From the NCBI GenBank assembly GCA_036630325.1, contig CP142727.1, positions 868,001 through 932,000 on the forward strand: a stretch of DNA of 64,000 nt. The letters are read 5' to 3'. The stretch is from Vairimorpha necatrix (lineage: Eukaryota). Made by a program: the position numbers and the translations under genes. Shown one piece after another: positions 11,195-26,100 of the stretch. Positions within the stretch are counted from its first letter, which is position 1. Each line of letters begins with the position of its first letter. Below the pieces are notes generated by a model. That model did not search any database. It saw only the letters and a list, made by a program, of their open reading frames with translations, and had not been told where the DNA came from.

Positions 11195-11765
11195 AAAATT
11201 ATTTTATTTGGGTATAATATAATATCTGAAAAAAAATTACTTTTCACAAGCTATAATCACAATTTTTTTTTTGACAGTTCTCGGAGTTCCTCCTGAAATC
11301 CACATATAGGGTCTTCGAATACCTCTTCCTGTTCAGTATCAAGCCCATGTCTAATTGACATAGTTAGGCTTTCTAAAGTCATCTTAAGGAGTCTTGTCTG
11401 TATATATGCTTCCATTCTTGGTTCTAATCGGAGCTCTTTGATATGCAAGCGGCGGAAATTAATTACTATTCCATTCCAAGTAAAAACATAAAGAATAAAT
11501 TTCGCCTATTATTTAAAGAGAGAAGCCACATGATTTGCAAACAAGTCGTATTATGTTTCTTTCTGTTTCTACTGCATGAAGGTGTTAAAGCTTGTGATTC
11601 CAACTTTAACAACGATTACTTCTTTCCCCAACCTGTCCACAATTAGTATATCGGGCTTGTTTATTTTATTTTGATATTTGAATGTAACCTAGTGTCAGCT
11701 CTTATCTCAACATACTCATCAGTTACACGTTCATGAACGAGATAAATTTATAACTTTACTTATGT
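11195..11765 (-). mobile_element. 5'-truncated, degenerate copy of the R4/Dong-like non-LTR element (REL end and 3' UTR)
   Basis: LRLEPRMEAYIQTRLLKMTLESLTMS...HGLDT matches 26500-26680. The 3' UTR motif CTTGTGAAAAGTAAT...TACCCAAATAAA is shared. Confidence 0.85.
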
Positions 11766-13467
11766 AAGTGTGATAAGAATTGTAATTACAAATGTTTTGT
11801 GTAAACTTTCAATTAGGCTGTTCACTTCATGCTATGAGTTATTTTTCCCAAAAATTACAATATCTTGTTTTTTTGTTGATCTATTTTTGTATTTTAAATA
11901 CTCTTTAATAGTTTTTAGAGCATCGAAGTCTAAGAAATTGACGGCTATTCTCAATATTGAATTTAAAGGGAAAAAAATTTTGTATCAATATAATAACAGA
12001 ACGTTATTTTTTTAATTGAAATTTTATATTTTAACAGAAAAATAAGTAATAAACAACTAAACATTTAAATCAATGAGAATTTTGACTTTATTAATATATA
12101 TATGTGTCTTGAAATTTTTATGCATAAATTATTGACTTTTTAGAGTAAGAGTATTTACTCTTTGCATTAACGAATATAAAAAATTATATTGTAGATTAAA
12201 ACTAGTATATTTACATCCTTGCGCACAAACCCCTTAATACAATTTTCGGATTACGGTACCTGATTTTTGACTTGTAGTTTAAATTGTAATATCTTCTTTC
12301 TTTCTTTCGATCTTTTTAATGGGGAATAGAAACTTATAGACATATGTCCAAAAATCATTTTGTATGAGTTTATGGCTTCAACATGAACCTTCGATGTATA
12401 TTATAATATGCTTTAACGACGTGGTTGTGAAAAATCTTTTAGAAAACAAAACTCCATGTTGTTTCAAATATAGAAAAAATGCAAAAATTATAAGATGTTA
12501 CAATTGTAAAACAATAGTATATTATAATATGTCATGTTTTATAAATAATAGTAACTTTGATATGTTTGTATTATATATAATACCCTTAAAATTTACATAT
12601 TAACAATTTAGAAACTAACTGAGGAATCTATATTGTGCCTTTCCGTGAATTTTAGACAATATCGATGATTTTTTTGATTGCGATATATACAACATGCTGG
12701 TATAAATTTCATACAAATCTTAAAATTTGCAAAAAAATATATTAGAAGTTTGAATAATGGTTTTGAGACAAATGTTCATTTCGTCAAATTTTAACAAAAA
12801 AATATAAACAACTTTAGAAATATGCATTAAAAAGATTCAAATATCTATGTAATAAAATATCTGTTTATGTAAAAAAATAAGTTTCTGTGTTGTTTTCAAA
12901 TAATTTGAAACGATCGAAATACAAAATTGAATATATCATTGTCTTAAGTTTTATTAAAAGTTAAAAACTATTTTTTTTTTAATATATTTAAAACCCAATC
13001 TCGTTTGTACTGCCATGAAAAAAAACAAAGTCATGAATACAAACGGTTTTTATAAAACCTACATGATGCAATATGTCAATTGCTCCTATTATAGACAAAT
13101 TATTTCATAAGTTCGTGTAATTTAATGCTAGCGACGCAAAGGAAGATGTCATAAACACAACTTGTCGAATTCTTGATAATTAAATGACTATACGCTATCA
13201 AAGAAAATATTTTCTTTAATATATTTTCAAACATAAGACATAAGCGTGTAGCAAATTTGTTTAGTAAGTAGTTAAATAAAAAAAATATAAATGAATTTTT
13301 TCGAAAAAAGCTATGAACTCTAAAGAAACGAAAAACCATTTTAAATTATCACAGAAAGGCTTATAATAACGTTTAAAGCTATAAAAGATACCTTTAATTT
13401 ATAGTAAAGTTTCAATCATACAGAACACTCTTAATACAGAATAAGCTTTTTTTATTTTCATTTATAT

Positions 13468-13802
13468 TGTGGTATAATGGATCATATTACATGATTTATA
13501 AACAACCAATAGAAAACTAAAGCGCTGATGCTTCTTCGGAACGATCAGTCATAGCCAGGCCAATCTAATTTTCTTCTATTGGTTACTATGTTATAAAAAT
13601 AAAGAAATTCCATGAACAACATTGTACATCACTCGAACACTTAAAAACATTATTCCTTCTATAATTCAGATAATTCAAACTCTATTTTACAATAAACAAT
13701 ATATTTCTTCCATCTATATAAACTCCAGTTTTCACGGAACTTCAAACCGCAGCATTATTGAATGCTTTCTTGCTACTGGCAAGCTCTCCGGCAAACACGC
13801 CA
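13468..13802 (+). repeat. Solo LTR, A family
   Basis: Homologous to 800-1148. TSD TATAT on both sides. Confidence 0.9.
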
Positions 13803-14677
13803 TATATATTTAGGAATTTGCTTTCCTTTCATAAAATAGTTGGCAAGATTTTTTATTGATCTAAATAAATGTTTTTTTTTTACTATGCCTTTTAATAAAG
13901 TATTTATTTTGTTTTTGAGAGCAAATAATTGATACTGACATATCGAAGTTTGGTTATTTCTAATTGTCTTGTGCGTTCTTTTTCTAGTATTTAGGTTTTG
14001 TTACACAGCATGTTTTGATTTATTTAGCAAGAACATCGGACTACGTATTGTATTTATGTGTTTTTATATATAAGTCGGTGTTAGATATATGTATTTCTTT
14101 TATATTCATCTAATTTTTTATAAGTCTAGGATTGTAGAGACTTTGTTGTATAATTCAAATATTTCAAGTATTTGAAATGTGTTCTTTCTGAGATACAAAA
14201 CATTACAATGTTCCTGAAATGGGTGTTGTAAAAAACAAAAGTTTAAGTATGTTTTTTATTTATACATTAATTTATATTTCTAATTTGAATTATATCTTTT
14301 AATGTATAAACATAAAAATCCAAACCATAAATAAAATAGAAATTAAAAGACGCTTTTAACTATTTCATTTCTAATGGTTTTTCGTAGACGGGGCTGTTAT
14401 GGTTTTTAACCTTAGTTTAAATGTATTTTATTGATTAGTATTAATATTGAATAAGTTAATCATCCGACTTACGATTATGTTTGCGTGGCAGAGAATATGG
14501 TCAAGAAAAAAATAAAATCGATAAAAAATTATCTAAAGAAAGCGGCGAATAATAAAAAATAATATCAGAAAAATAAAAACCATTTGTTGTTAGTTTCATT
14601 TTGTTGTACTATTGACTACATAAAAATAAAGGATGTCATATTGTTTTCTGTCAAATAAAAACAATGATGTTTTAATC

Positions 14678-15010
14678 TGGCGTATTTACTCGAGATTGTG
14701 CCAGTGGCACGAAAACATTCAATAATGCTACGGTTATGTAACCCGTGAATTCACAGGGTAAGTGTAAATGTAGATGAATAATGATTAATGTTAGAGACGT
14801 CATAGACATGAGCTGGATGCGGCTGTCATTACTTTTAGGCATCGTGTTTGGCGATGAATTATGTTATTTATATTTGTGGGCAACCAATAGAAGTTGGTGT
14901 TACAGAATTGTCCACTAACTGAGAGAGCTGCTTGACGCGTATGAGATTAGATCAGAGTTTCATTATTTATTGGTCTCCATAAAACATGTGGTATTAAATA
15001 TTAGAACACA
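14678..15010 (-). repeat. Divergent solo LTR related to the A family
   Basis: TGGCGTATTTAC...CATTCAATAATGCTACGGTT matches the reverse complement of the A-LTR end. TSD TAATC on both sides. Confidence 0.8.
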
Positions 15011-15259
15011 TAATCTTAATTAAATAAAATTATACTTCAGAAATATTTTTATAAATAGGCTTTATTTATAGTAAAGTTACTAAACTTATTCTAAATAAAA
15101 AGTTAAATAAATAAATAAGTTTTTTTTTTAAAGTTACGATGATATCGGAGAAAACATGTGAAAGAATAGCGGCAAAGAGACCAATAGGTATAAAATTAAA
15201 ATAAATATATTAACATTAAAAAACTGAAAACTTATTCTAAAAATAAATAAGTCTCAACG

Positions 15260-15714
15260 TCACAGGGCCATTCATAACAAATATACATATTAAACGTTAA
15301 TTTGGTTTTTATTGGGGAAATGTTTGTTGACTAGCATATTACAAATACCGGCAGACATGTAAAACCAACACAAAAAAAACACAAATGAGGAGGAAAGATC
15401 AATGTGTAAACAGAAGTGACGTAATATATAGGAGCAACTTCTGGATAAAAAAGTTCGACTGATTTTATATTTTTTTTGTGATTTTATATGCACATTGGTC
15501 TTCACGCTTGAGAGCCTGGTTCTTGGCTTGGTAGCCCTTCCTTGTTCGTATGTTACAAATAGATTTATCATCTTGTCTTCTCATGATATTGTTGGATAAG
15601 GGCCGAAAAAGAATAAATAAATAATTTTTGAAATAGATCGATCGATCGGTTTATTTAAAAAAAGGAAAATTGATAAAATGAAAACAAATATTTTATGGTC
15701 GTTGTTATGTCTCA
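15260..15714 (-). repeat. Dispersed ~400-450 bp repeat, copy 1 (probable solo LTR)
   Basis: Reverse complement shares blocks with 27013-27440 and 53450-53770 (TCAATTTTCCTTTT..AAATA hairpin, CAAGGAAGGGC, ATCCAGA.GT.GCTCCT..TACGTCA). Ends approximate. Confidence 0.55.
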
Positions 15715-17692
15715 ATGTCTTAAATTAGAATAAAAAGTTCTTTGTATATAGGAAACAACTTATATTTATAATTTAAATATCGCCCATACTATATGATTTA
15801 GTTTTTTAATATATTTTTAACTAATATATATATATATAAGATCCCTTTGTATCTTGTATTCGTGCATGCAATATTACGAGTTTAATAAAACTTTTCATTG
15901 TACAAGTCATTACTAAGGCCTACTATATAAATTAATCATATTTATTTCCATTTCACTTGTTTATTAAAAATCCAGATATAAAAATTATCATACTAAAAAA
16001 TACTCTTGCATCTTATTTCATTTTTTTATAATTGATCGAATTAAAATATAGTTAATATTTATGCAAAACAATGTAAACTCTTTTTCTCAATCGTAAATCA
16101 TCTCGTTATAGGGGGAAACATACCATATAAGAGACATATATGATGTTATGTTCCAAATCCATAATTAGATTTTAAATAGCCTAGCATAACCAACAGTCTA
16201 CTAACAAACAAGGGCCCATCAACCCCTTCATATAAATATGATGTACGTATAATTACCTTGGTGAACTAAACCACCCACGCCAAAATTTAGTACTTTAATA
16301 GCATGATAGCGCTCTTTAATATGTGTATTCAGATGTAATGCACCTACATAATGTCTCCGATAAAAACCTTAAATTGTTTTAGCACACCGAAAAATGACTT
16401 TGCTGACAAAAAGAGTATACCCTTACAATTGTACGAAAATTTATGACTAAAAATTGGCGTCAATATGTCTCATGAAACAACAAAAACAATATAGCACCAT
16501 TAACCGATAGATAAATCAAGACTTTGTAAAAAAAAAAAGAAAGATGCTGTCGGGGTTCAAAGCCTTGAGGTAAAAAAAAATTGTTACAACTGGACAACTA
16601 TCAAGCACAGTCTATGTCTTTAAAAAAATAAGTATACAAAAATTATGTTCTTATGAAGTTGCTTTTTTTTGCAATAAAATGTTCATAATCTTAACAATAA
16701 CAAAAAAAAATCATCACATTTTCCACACGTCTATTATTATGTAGTTTTGTATCATTATTTCCAAATGTAATTTATTAAAGTGCAACCTCTTTTCAAAGCT
16801 GTTTAGTTTAGTGAATGTGTCAATTTATTGAAAACAGTAATCGACGAAAAGTTTTTAAGAACACACTTACCATAGATTTGTTTATGTCTTATATTCAACA
16901 AATTTTATGTTATAAATATCGTTTTGAAAATTATTTTTTATATTGGAAATAGCATTTATTAAAAAAATAAATTATGAGATTTCATTTTTAGAATTTTAGG
17001 GAGAATATCTAAAAAAGAATTAACATACTATTTTATAATATGGCTTGAAAAAAATATCACATCAAAAATATATTAGTAAATTGAATATTTTCTATTATTG
17101 TGTGGTTTTTACATATTTATATTAAGTATATTCGATATAACAATAAAATGCAATAAACCAAAATTTATTTTTGAAATTTTTTTTTAGTATTATGCTTAAG
17201 TTATATCTATCGTCGTTCTGGTCAAATTAAATCAATGCAATTTAAAAACATAGCTAATATATAGAAACTAAGCACAGACAAAAAAAGACATTACAATATC
17301 TCTTCATAAAAAAAGTAATTTACTAAATACCCCAAATAAAATAGCAACTTTATTTTTTGATCAAATAAAAAATGCTCAAATCGATCACTTATTAAAAAAT
17401 ATAATGTGTTTCACGATATAGCTCCGAAAAGAGGCCTTTATTATTGCTAATTATGCGAAAAATAATTCAATAAAACAAAATTTATGGTGTAAAGTTACAA
17501 TTATATAATGCATTCTAAAAACCCACGTAACTCTTTATCCAAAAATGAACACGACTAGATAAAATGGCATTATAGCTATAATACAGATCTTGAATCTAAA
17601 CACATACTGTAGGAATATATGTCTTTGTCAAATATATAATCGAGTTGATATATTTGACACCAAGATTTTTAAATAATTTTTAAAATAAACCC

Positions 17693-20600
17693 ATGTTTTG
17701 TTCCAACAATTTAGCGACAAGCGACAAAAATATTTCTTTCATCTTCAGAAATGAAGAGAAAGACGACCCAGGCAGTTAATAGAGGACTTGATGGAAGTGG
17801 GCAGGTTGAATGAACACAGCGAGGGTATGCTGTTACTTACATTCAAGATGTCTCGTAGGAAGGAGGCAAAAAATTGGATAATGGCCCAACCAGAGGGCTA
17901 GACTTGGGTGAACTAATAGATTTGTTTAGAAAGAGATTTGTTAGTAGTATGATATTGAAGATCAGTTTGGGTAAACTAGCAGCATTGAAGAATACAGGTG
18001 GATCTATCCTGAATTATCTCGACAGAATGGGGGCCATGGCGAGGAAAGGAAATGTTCCAGAACAAGTCCTGGTAGCGTTTACATTGAATGGTCTGCCGAA
18101 TAATCTTGCTAACATCGTGCTTATTAACTACAAAGAAGGCCTTACGTGGAAATACATCTATGATTCTTTAAAGAATATTAAGGATACGAGACAGACTGAG
18201 CGAAACCAGATAGCATCTCCATACTGCCCAGAAGTTACAGTCGAAGCAATAAGAAACAAAGTTAATAATAAAAAAATCAAGCTATCCAAAAATTAGATGT
18301 TTGATCTGTAGCGAGCCAGGACATGTGGTCTTTCAATGTCGTTTCAACAGTTTAAAGAAAAGCTCTAAGGTGCAGAAACAAGTCAGAGAGGTTAGTATAC
18401 CACAAGGGAATGATGAGATAGATGTGGAAGAAGAGGACTTAAATAAATTCATTTTTAATTATAGGTTATTAAATAGCAGAAGTCCCCGATCCACTGTTAA
18501 GTTGGCTACACTTGAGGACGTTAAACGGCCGTTTAAGGTATTATTAGATACAGGTGCAGAAGTTAATTTGCTCAGGCCGGAACACTCAAAGACAAACAAG
18601 ATTGACTAGAGAGAATCTATAATTACGCGCGGCCAACGGGTCAGATAAGAATCATAGGAAAAACGATGCTGAAAATAAAGATAGAAGGATACGTTTTTGA
18701 AGACAAATTTATTGTAACACGAGACATCACCATGCCGTGTATAGTAGGATGTATATTATTGGACAAGTATGAAGTTGACCTAAGATTTGGAAATGGAAAG
18801 GTTAACATGGAATCAGGACAAATCCTTAAAAGAAACGCAATTGGATATCATAGGATTAACACAGGAGATAGCGAACCAGACATGGCTCAGCTATATAAAT
18901 TAGGCGGAACGAAAGAAAAAGAGGCATCTAAAATAATAAAAGAATACCTTGAGCTGGGAGCGATACAGCCAAGTGAGAGTGCTTGGCGAAGTCCAGCGTC
19001 GTAGTAACAAAAAAAGATGGAGGTTACAGATTGTGTATAGATTACAGTCGTCTTAATGATATTACGATTCGGAATGCATACCCCATGCCATGAGTGGATG
19101 AGTTTTTTGATGCACTAGAGGGTGCAAGTTATTTTACTAAAATGGATGCCGAATCGGGATATCACCAGATCAATATGGCACCAAAGAATATTGGGAAGAC
19201 GGCCTTTGCATGCAGAAAAGGATCTTTTCAATTTGTAAAGATGCCTTTCGGTCTAGTAAACAGACTAGCCACATTTCAGAGAGCAATGAATAACATACTG
19301 AGAGATTTTTTATACAAATTCGTGGTAGTTTATATGGATGATATCCTGGTCTATAGTAGAACGTTCGAGGAACATCAAGCGCATGTTAAGCTGGTTATGG
19401 AGAAGTTAGTAAATGCAAGAGTAAAGCTGAATGAGAAAAAGCGTGAATTTAAAAAGAAAGAACTGAAAATCTTAAGGCATATAATCTCAAAAAAAGGATT
19501 GGGGATTGACACTGAAAGAATAAAGAGTTGTAAGGAATTGCCGATACTAAGAAACAAAAAGAAATTAAAATCATTGTTGGGGCTACATAATTACTGTTCG
19601 AAATTTATAAAAGACAGTCATAAGATAGTAAGCCCATTGTATAGAATTATTAAGTTGAAAAGAAAGAGGAAATCAAATTTTGGAAAAAGGAACCAGAAAA
19701 CAGGCAATTTATCGAAGCCATAGAAGCGTTGAAGGCAGCTGTCAATAAAGCGACGTTTCTGACAATCCCAAATACGAGAGGTGAATTCATTTTGATGATG
19801 GGCGCGTCAAATGAAGGAATTGGAGCCATGCTATCCCAGGTAATAGAAGAAAAGGAAAAAATGGTAGTATATTTAAGTTTTTTATGCATGAAAGCGAAAA
19901 AAAATTATTCTACAATAGAACAGGAGCTTTTGGCAGTAGTCAAAGCATTTCAACACTTCAGAGAATATCTAATGTTAGGGGAAATCCCATTCCACACGAA
20001 CTATCAAGCTTTAAAATATCTTTTAAAGTCAAGGAATATTAAGGCAAGGTTAGCGAGATGGTCGCTTCTTCTTCAGGAATATGATTTTACAATTGAGTAT
20101 ATTACTGGACCCTCGAACTATGTAGACCATCTAAGTAGAGACTTCAAAATAGAAATGAAGAACATTGAAACGGTAAGCCCCGCTGAAGAAAGGAAAGTTA
20201 TAAAAAGGGAAAGGGGGGGATAGAATTGGTCAGATTTTACCACGATATGTTGGGTCATGGCTTAAAGCAAAATATGAAATATAACATGAGACTAAATATG
20301 AATGGAAGGAAATTAACAAAGATATAGATCAGTTTGTAGAAAACTGCGAAATCTGTCAACAGAAAAGAGAACAAAAACAATTTAAAGATTTTGCACCGTT
20401 GGTGGCAAACAACATTGGAGAGATTTGGAAATTGACATAGTAGGACCATTTAAGTAGAGTGAGGACGGGTACAGGTATCTTCTGACAACAATAGAACATT
20501 TCCTAAAACCTGGGGAGATAATCCCGATCCATACAAAAGACATGAATTCAATAATGTATATAGTGGACAGATACATCATAAAGAAATATGGAATTTTGAA

Positions 20601-21189
20601 GGCAATTTTAACAGATAACGGACGACAGTTTAAAAATCGAATCTGCGAGGATTATGCGAAAGAGAACAGTTTACCTGGAAAATCCGATTACCGTACATCC
20701 CGACCACAACAGGATTAATGAAAAAATTTAACAGAACGATAGGAATTAAACTAAGGAAGATACGGAATTTGGCAAGTTTGTTTGGGCAAATGTGCAAAAA
20801 AAAAGTAAATAAAGCCTATGTGCAGCCCCATCGCCGCGCCATAGGCTTTGCGTTCATAGAATTGCACAAAGGATTAGTTCTTTGTCATATGTTTATGCAG
20901 GAAAAAATTAAAATAAGAATGGATAGAACAGATTTTAGGACTAGAGCGAAGGAGAATTTAGAACGATACAGAGTGAAGTATGCAACACATGAGAAAACGG
21001 GTGCGCCTAAATCGGAAGAAATAAAGATAGGTGGCAGGGTATGTACAAACTAATTTTGCCCCAAGGAGGGAAACTGGAACCAAAATGGCAAGATAAAGGA
21101 ACAGTCTTGTATAAAGGGTTTAATCGTATAATGTTTTACTTGACGACGGAAGAACGATTACGGCGAATCGAAATAATGTAAAACTTTTA
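17693..21189 (+). pseudogene. Fragmented gag-pol of element C
   Basis: ORF pieces 17874-18296, 18301-18609 (CSEPGHVVFQC, LLDTGAE), 18666-19004, 19094-19723 (KMDAESGY, MPFG, YMDD), 19729-20223 and 20718-21053. Confidence 0.88.
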
Positions 21190-21215
21190 AAGGGGAGTAG
21201 TGTAGGAATATATGT

Positions 21216-22478
21216 TGTTGGTGTGTTTATAATATTTAATAAATAAACCCCTTATGAATGTAAACTCCTTCAACATGGCACCCGGTACGACTCTAAAAAT
21301 GGAAGGATTAACATTCAGACTTGCTAAGGCCAAAGCAGACTTGGAATATTTGGAGCTACAGTTTACAGCCCATAATATTGTTCGAGACAAGTAGAAGATT
21401 TTAATTTTCCTCATGATCCTTGACAGGGAGGCTCAAATTCTTTTTGTACAAAACAAGGAAAAATTTACAAATGTTACATGGAGACAAATTAAGGGGCGAC
21501 TAAAAAATATGACAGAGAAAATAACACTATTTAAACTATTAGAAGCCAGACAAAGATTAAATGAACCGGTGGGGGAATGGTTATGTCGTAACCTCGGGTA
21601 AGGTGTCCGAAACGAAGCTTTTGTTTTATGAATGAACAAATAAATGGTTTTGTTTTTCTTAAGTGTTTATTTTTATGATCTCGCTGTGGAGTCATGTTTG
21701 TTTGTTGTCTGTCTGAGCTATTATATCTTTTCATCTTTTTGTGTGCCCTTCTTTTCATATTTTTTATTTATAGAAAATGTTTTCTTAAAATTCACTTTTT
21801 CTAAAAAAGGAAAAAGGAAGAAAAATTTAGGGAAATAATTGTGGTGGATACCACAGGTTAGTAAGAATCATAACTATTGCTTATGATTCGGGCATGGATG
21901 AAGAATACGCCAAACAAATAATTTCTAGGACATTTCTAAATATAGAAGGATTCATAACATTTAGAGACTACTTTTCTAACCAGTCTCTATACGAAAATTA
22001 CTTAAACAAGTTAGAATTTTTAAGGAGAAGAGAATATCTATTGAAAAAAAAACAACTCAAAAAATTATAATCCCAAAGTAGAACATTATGCAGAAAAGAA
22101 TCAACAAACAGCCTTCGAAAGAAGAACGGGAAATTTTTTCGAAAAATCTATAATTTAAAATCTACAAACACCACTAGGAGAAGTCAAGACAATGGAAGTA
22201 TATATTGCGGGAGATAAAATAAATGCAGCGGTAGATACGAGAAGTAACTTAAACTTAATTAGTAGAAAACTGGCTGAAGAAAGGGGATTTCTAAACATAA
22301 AGACAAAAAGGATCACAGTAAATAATAACTTGAACAAGAAAATGAATAGGAAAAATAAAAGGAAAGAGGAATCTTGCAAAGTGAAGGAAGTTAACCGATA
22401 AGATGCTTTTGAGGGGGATGTTGGTGTCTTTATAATATTTAATAGATACCTCCCTTATGCTTGTTAACTCCTTCAACA
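21216..22478 (+). mobile_element. Small non-autonomous LTR element D (gag/protease remnants only)
   Basis: 60-bp LTRs at 21216-21275 and 22419-22478 (TGTTG...CAACA). PBS-like TGGCACCCGG, PPT GAGGGGGA, TSD TATGT/TATTT. AAVDTRSNLNLI is a protease-like remnant. Confidence 0.85.
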
Positions 22479-22808
22479 TATTTCAATTGCAAATATATAA
22501 TCTAGTTGATATATTTGACATCAAAACTTTTAAATAATTATATTAAAATAAACCCATATTTTGTTCCAACACATACAAACATTATTTGAAGTTCAAGGTC
22601 TTTTAAGAGGTAAATACATGAAAAATATATGCAAATAGCATGAGGTTGTTAAAAAAAGAGACAACAACAGATAGAATGTCATAAGTAGTTTTAAACCCAT
22701 GCGAGTTGATAAAAATTTTAGATGGTTGTTTAGTAAAGGATTTTTATAATCTTATAATACTATCTACAGCATTAAATTTGAAGTGGGATACAGAGGTATA
22801 TTTACTGT

Positions 22809-23137
22809 TGTGGTATAATATCTATCACATGGATCATAAGTAACCAATAGAGCAACAACACGCCAACAATGTTTCTTACACATCTTGAAACACGACGTCT
22901 ATTGGTCTATCATAAAACGATATATTCTTAATAGGTACTAACAAATATAAAAAAAGAAAAAATGATATGAATATGATGAACAGGAAATCTCACAAGCTCA
23001 CTTATCCTTCACAACAGAGCAACGACGCCTTAAATAAAACTATTAATACTAAACAAAACTCTACCTTGAGAATCAACGGCTCCAATAACCGTAACCTCTT
23101 AGAATGCTTTTGAGGGGTTACCACCAGGGAGGCGGCC
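22809..23137 (+). repeat. Divergent solo LTR related to the A family
   Basis: Starts TGTGGTATAAT..TATCACA, has AACCAATAG/CTATTGGT boxes and AACCGTA..GAATGCTT. The 3' end and TSD are unclear. Confidence 0.6.
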
Positions 23138-23139
23138 TG

Positions 23140-26100
23140 TTTGTAAATAGCAATGATGGTGCTCCTCCCTGCAATATATTTTTGATTATTATTGTCCTGT
23201 ATCACAGGAAGTTTCTTGAATTTAAAATAATTGTTTAAAATACTTTTATATGAAGGGTAAAAATGAAGAAGAAGGAGCTGAACTAAAAATAGCTGAAACA
23301 ACACCAGCAGCACCAAACAACCAAAAAACATACGATATAAACTCAGTATCATTAAGTACAGAACCGGGAGGACCCAAGAGGTCTAACAAGTTGGATTCTC
23401 TAATGGCCGTTCTCAGAGAAGTTGAGGGTGCCAAGTATGATTGGCCTAGGAAGTCTTTTCAAGCCATTATAAGTAGATGGAATCAGATGCCAAAGGGAGG
23501 ATGGAACAAAGTACTAGAGTTCTATTGTGCAAAATTTAAGGAAAAAATATCTATCGTTAGAATAAAGAAAATGGCGCAAAAAGCACATGAAAATGAAGCA
23601 GGGACGCTTACAAGAGTAAGAGAGTTTAAAGAGGAGAATACAACTAAAAGAAGAAAGACTTTGGACGAGATTGCAAGAGTATGCACCATAAAAGATGTAG
23701 AGCGACAAAATGAAATAGATAAAAGATTTAAAGAGATGTGGACTAAAATTAAAGATGCAGACGTTTGCTCTGTACAAAAAACAAGAAAGATATCTTCTTT
23801 AAAAGCTAATTATGAAATTATAGAATCTTTAAATTTAGTGGCTGGAAATTTTTTACTAAAGAATAAAGTCAATAATATGAATGATATTGTCAAAATTATC
23901 TAAACAACAATGGGTGTATCAAGAGATAACATGTAAAGGAATCAAGAAAAGTGTTTGGAAAGAAAGTATTGAAGATAAAATAAACGCAATGGAACAAAAG
24001 AAAACGCTTTTTGATAAATGTAAGTTTGAGAAAGATAAGATAACTGAGGAAGAGAAAAAAGCCCTAAGAAAATGCATGAGGGAAAGAAACTTAATACTTT
24101 CAAAAGCAAATGATGTTATTAAAATGGAATTATACCTTAAGGAGAGGATCTTGGTATACAAGAAGAAGATAGAAGTTTACGAGAAGAGAAAAGCATATAG
24201 AAATGAAAATACAAAATTTGAACTTTACCGTGGAAGATACTACCGAGACCTAAATGCAGAGGAGAAGAATAATCATAAAGTTGGGAAAAAAGAGATTGAA
24301 GATTTCTGGTCGAAAATGTGGGAAAATGCAAAACAAGAAACACTGGAGAATGAAGAAGAATACCTATGGAAATACAAAATAGAACAGCCCAGCATCAATG
24401 CTTTCCCGACAGAAGAAGAGTTTAAAAATATAATAGGATGGCTGCCCAACTGGAAAGCAGCAGGTCCAGATAGAGTCTATAATTTCTTTATAAAGAAAAT
24501 GTCTTGCCTACATGGATCTCTTTACAAAGTAATTAAGAAAATATGCCCGGAGAGTTATACGGAAGAAGAATGGTTTTACAGAGGAATTACTTATCTGATA
24601 CCTAAAGGGCAACCAGTGGAAGGAAAAGACTTTAGACCCATTACATGTATGTCTAACTTGTACAAACTTACAACAAAATGTATTACATACGTACTCCAGG
24701 AACTAGTGGAAAATAAACTCTCTTTTAGCAGATAACCAGATGGGAACAAAGAGGAAAGTCCGGGGAGCTAAAGAACAGGCAATGACAAATAACATGCTGA
24801 ATAGAGAATTTAATTATAAAATCAAAACGGCCTGGATAAATGTTAAGAAGGCGTACGACTCAGTAAGACATGACTATTTAATATAATGCATTAAAGCTCT
24901 GGGACTACCAGAGTGGATATGTAAGACAATAGAAATACTGCCCAGCAAGTGGAATCTAGAAATATTTGAAGGAAATGAGAAGATCATGGAAAAGAAGGCC
25001 AGAAGAGGAATATTACAAGGAGATAGTTTGTCCCCGTTATTGTTTGTGCTGTGTATAGACCCGTTAAGTCGTAAATTGAATAGTATATACCCCAAGTTAA
25101 GCATCCCGCTGGGAGAACAAGCATTTGTAACTAACCATTTGTTGTTTATTGACGATCTAAAAATACTTGCGGAAAATGAGGAAGTATTGAAAGAGATGAT
25201 AGATGAGACAAGAAAATTCTTTAATACTGTAGGTCTAGAAATCAACGCGGAAAAATCGGCTACAAATAGTATAAGGTGTAAAGATGAAGGCAAGTTGCTA
25301 GAGGGGCATGAGGGGTATAAATATCTGGGCATTACAGAAAGCCACGAAGGTAAGATAATGAAGGAAACAAAGGAAAAAATATTGAAGGCCATCTTATTAA
25401 GAATCGAAAAGTTATGTAAGACTAAGCTGAATGCGAAACATTTGTTTAAAGCAATCAATGAACATGGAATAAGCCCAATAAAATACTATATAGGAATAAT
25501 AGATGCTGAACCAGAAGAATACAAGATCATAGACGACAACATCGGAAAATTATTGATTAAATATCACGTCCATCAACAACCTGCAACCAAAGAAAGATTA
25601 TATCTCTCCAGAGCCGAACTTGGATTAGGGCTCCAATGCGTAGAACATAAAGTGAAAGAATGCTTTTACAACTAGCCAAAGAATTTGAAAGCACGAAAGA
25701 ATCTGTTCTAAGACGCAAAGCGATTTTCCACTCCGAGAAAACTGGCTACACATATCTATCCATTATAGAAGGATATATAAAAGAGAAATATAAACTTAAG
25801 GAAAACGTAACAGCTAAAATATTAATAGAGGCACAAACCGAATCTCTTTATAGCGATATAAAAATAAAAACAAACCATTCAAAGCTATTTAGACCAAGAG
25901 ACGATCCACTTATTGATATAAAACAGGCTGCCACATGGCTCACAAAAGGAAATATGAGCCCGAGAGAGAATCGCAATTTATTTGCATTACAGGACCGAAA
26001 TATTTTCTTAGAGAAACGGATAAAATGCCCACACTGCCATGAATATGCAAAGACAGTAGATCATATGGCCACCCAATGTGATCGTATGCTTTCACATTAT

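Larger units (their letters stand above)
17608..22571 (+). mobile_element. Degenerate Ty3/gypsy element C, its 3' LTR interrupted by element D
   Basis: 5' LTR 17608-17708 (101 bp). 3' LTR 21201-21215 plus 22484-22571. TSD CATAC. PPT AAGGGGAGTAG. CCHC knuckle, LLDTGA, YMDD, RNase H and integrase remnants. Confidence 0.92.

Noticed and set aside
9900-13400. Short hydrophobic ORFs (9900, 11770, 12364, 13100)
   Set aside because: F/L/I/K/N-rich composition expected from random AT-rich DNA; no recognisable motif.
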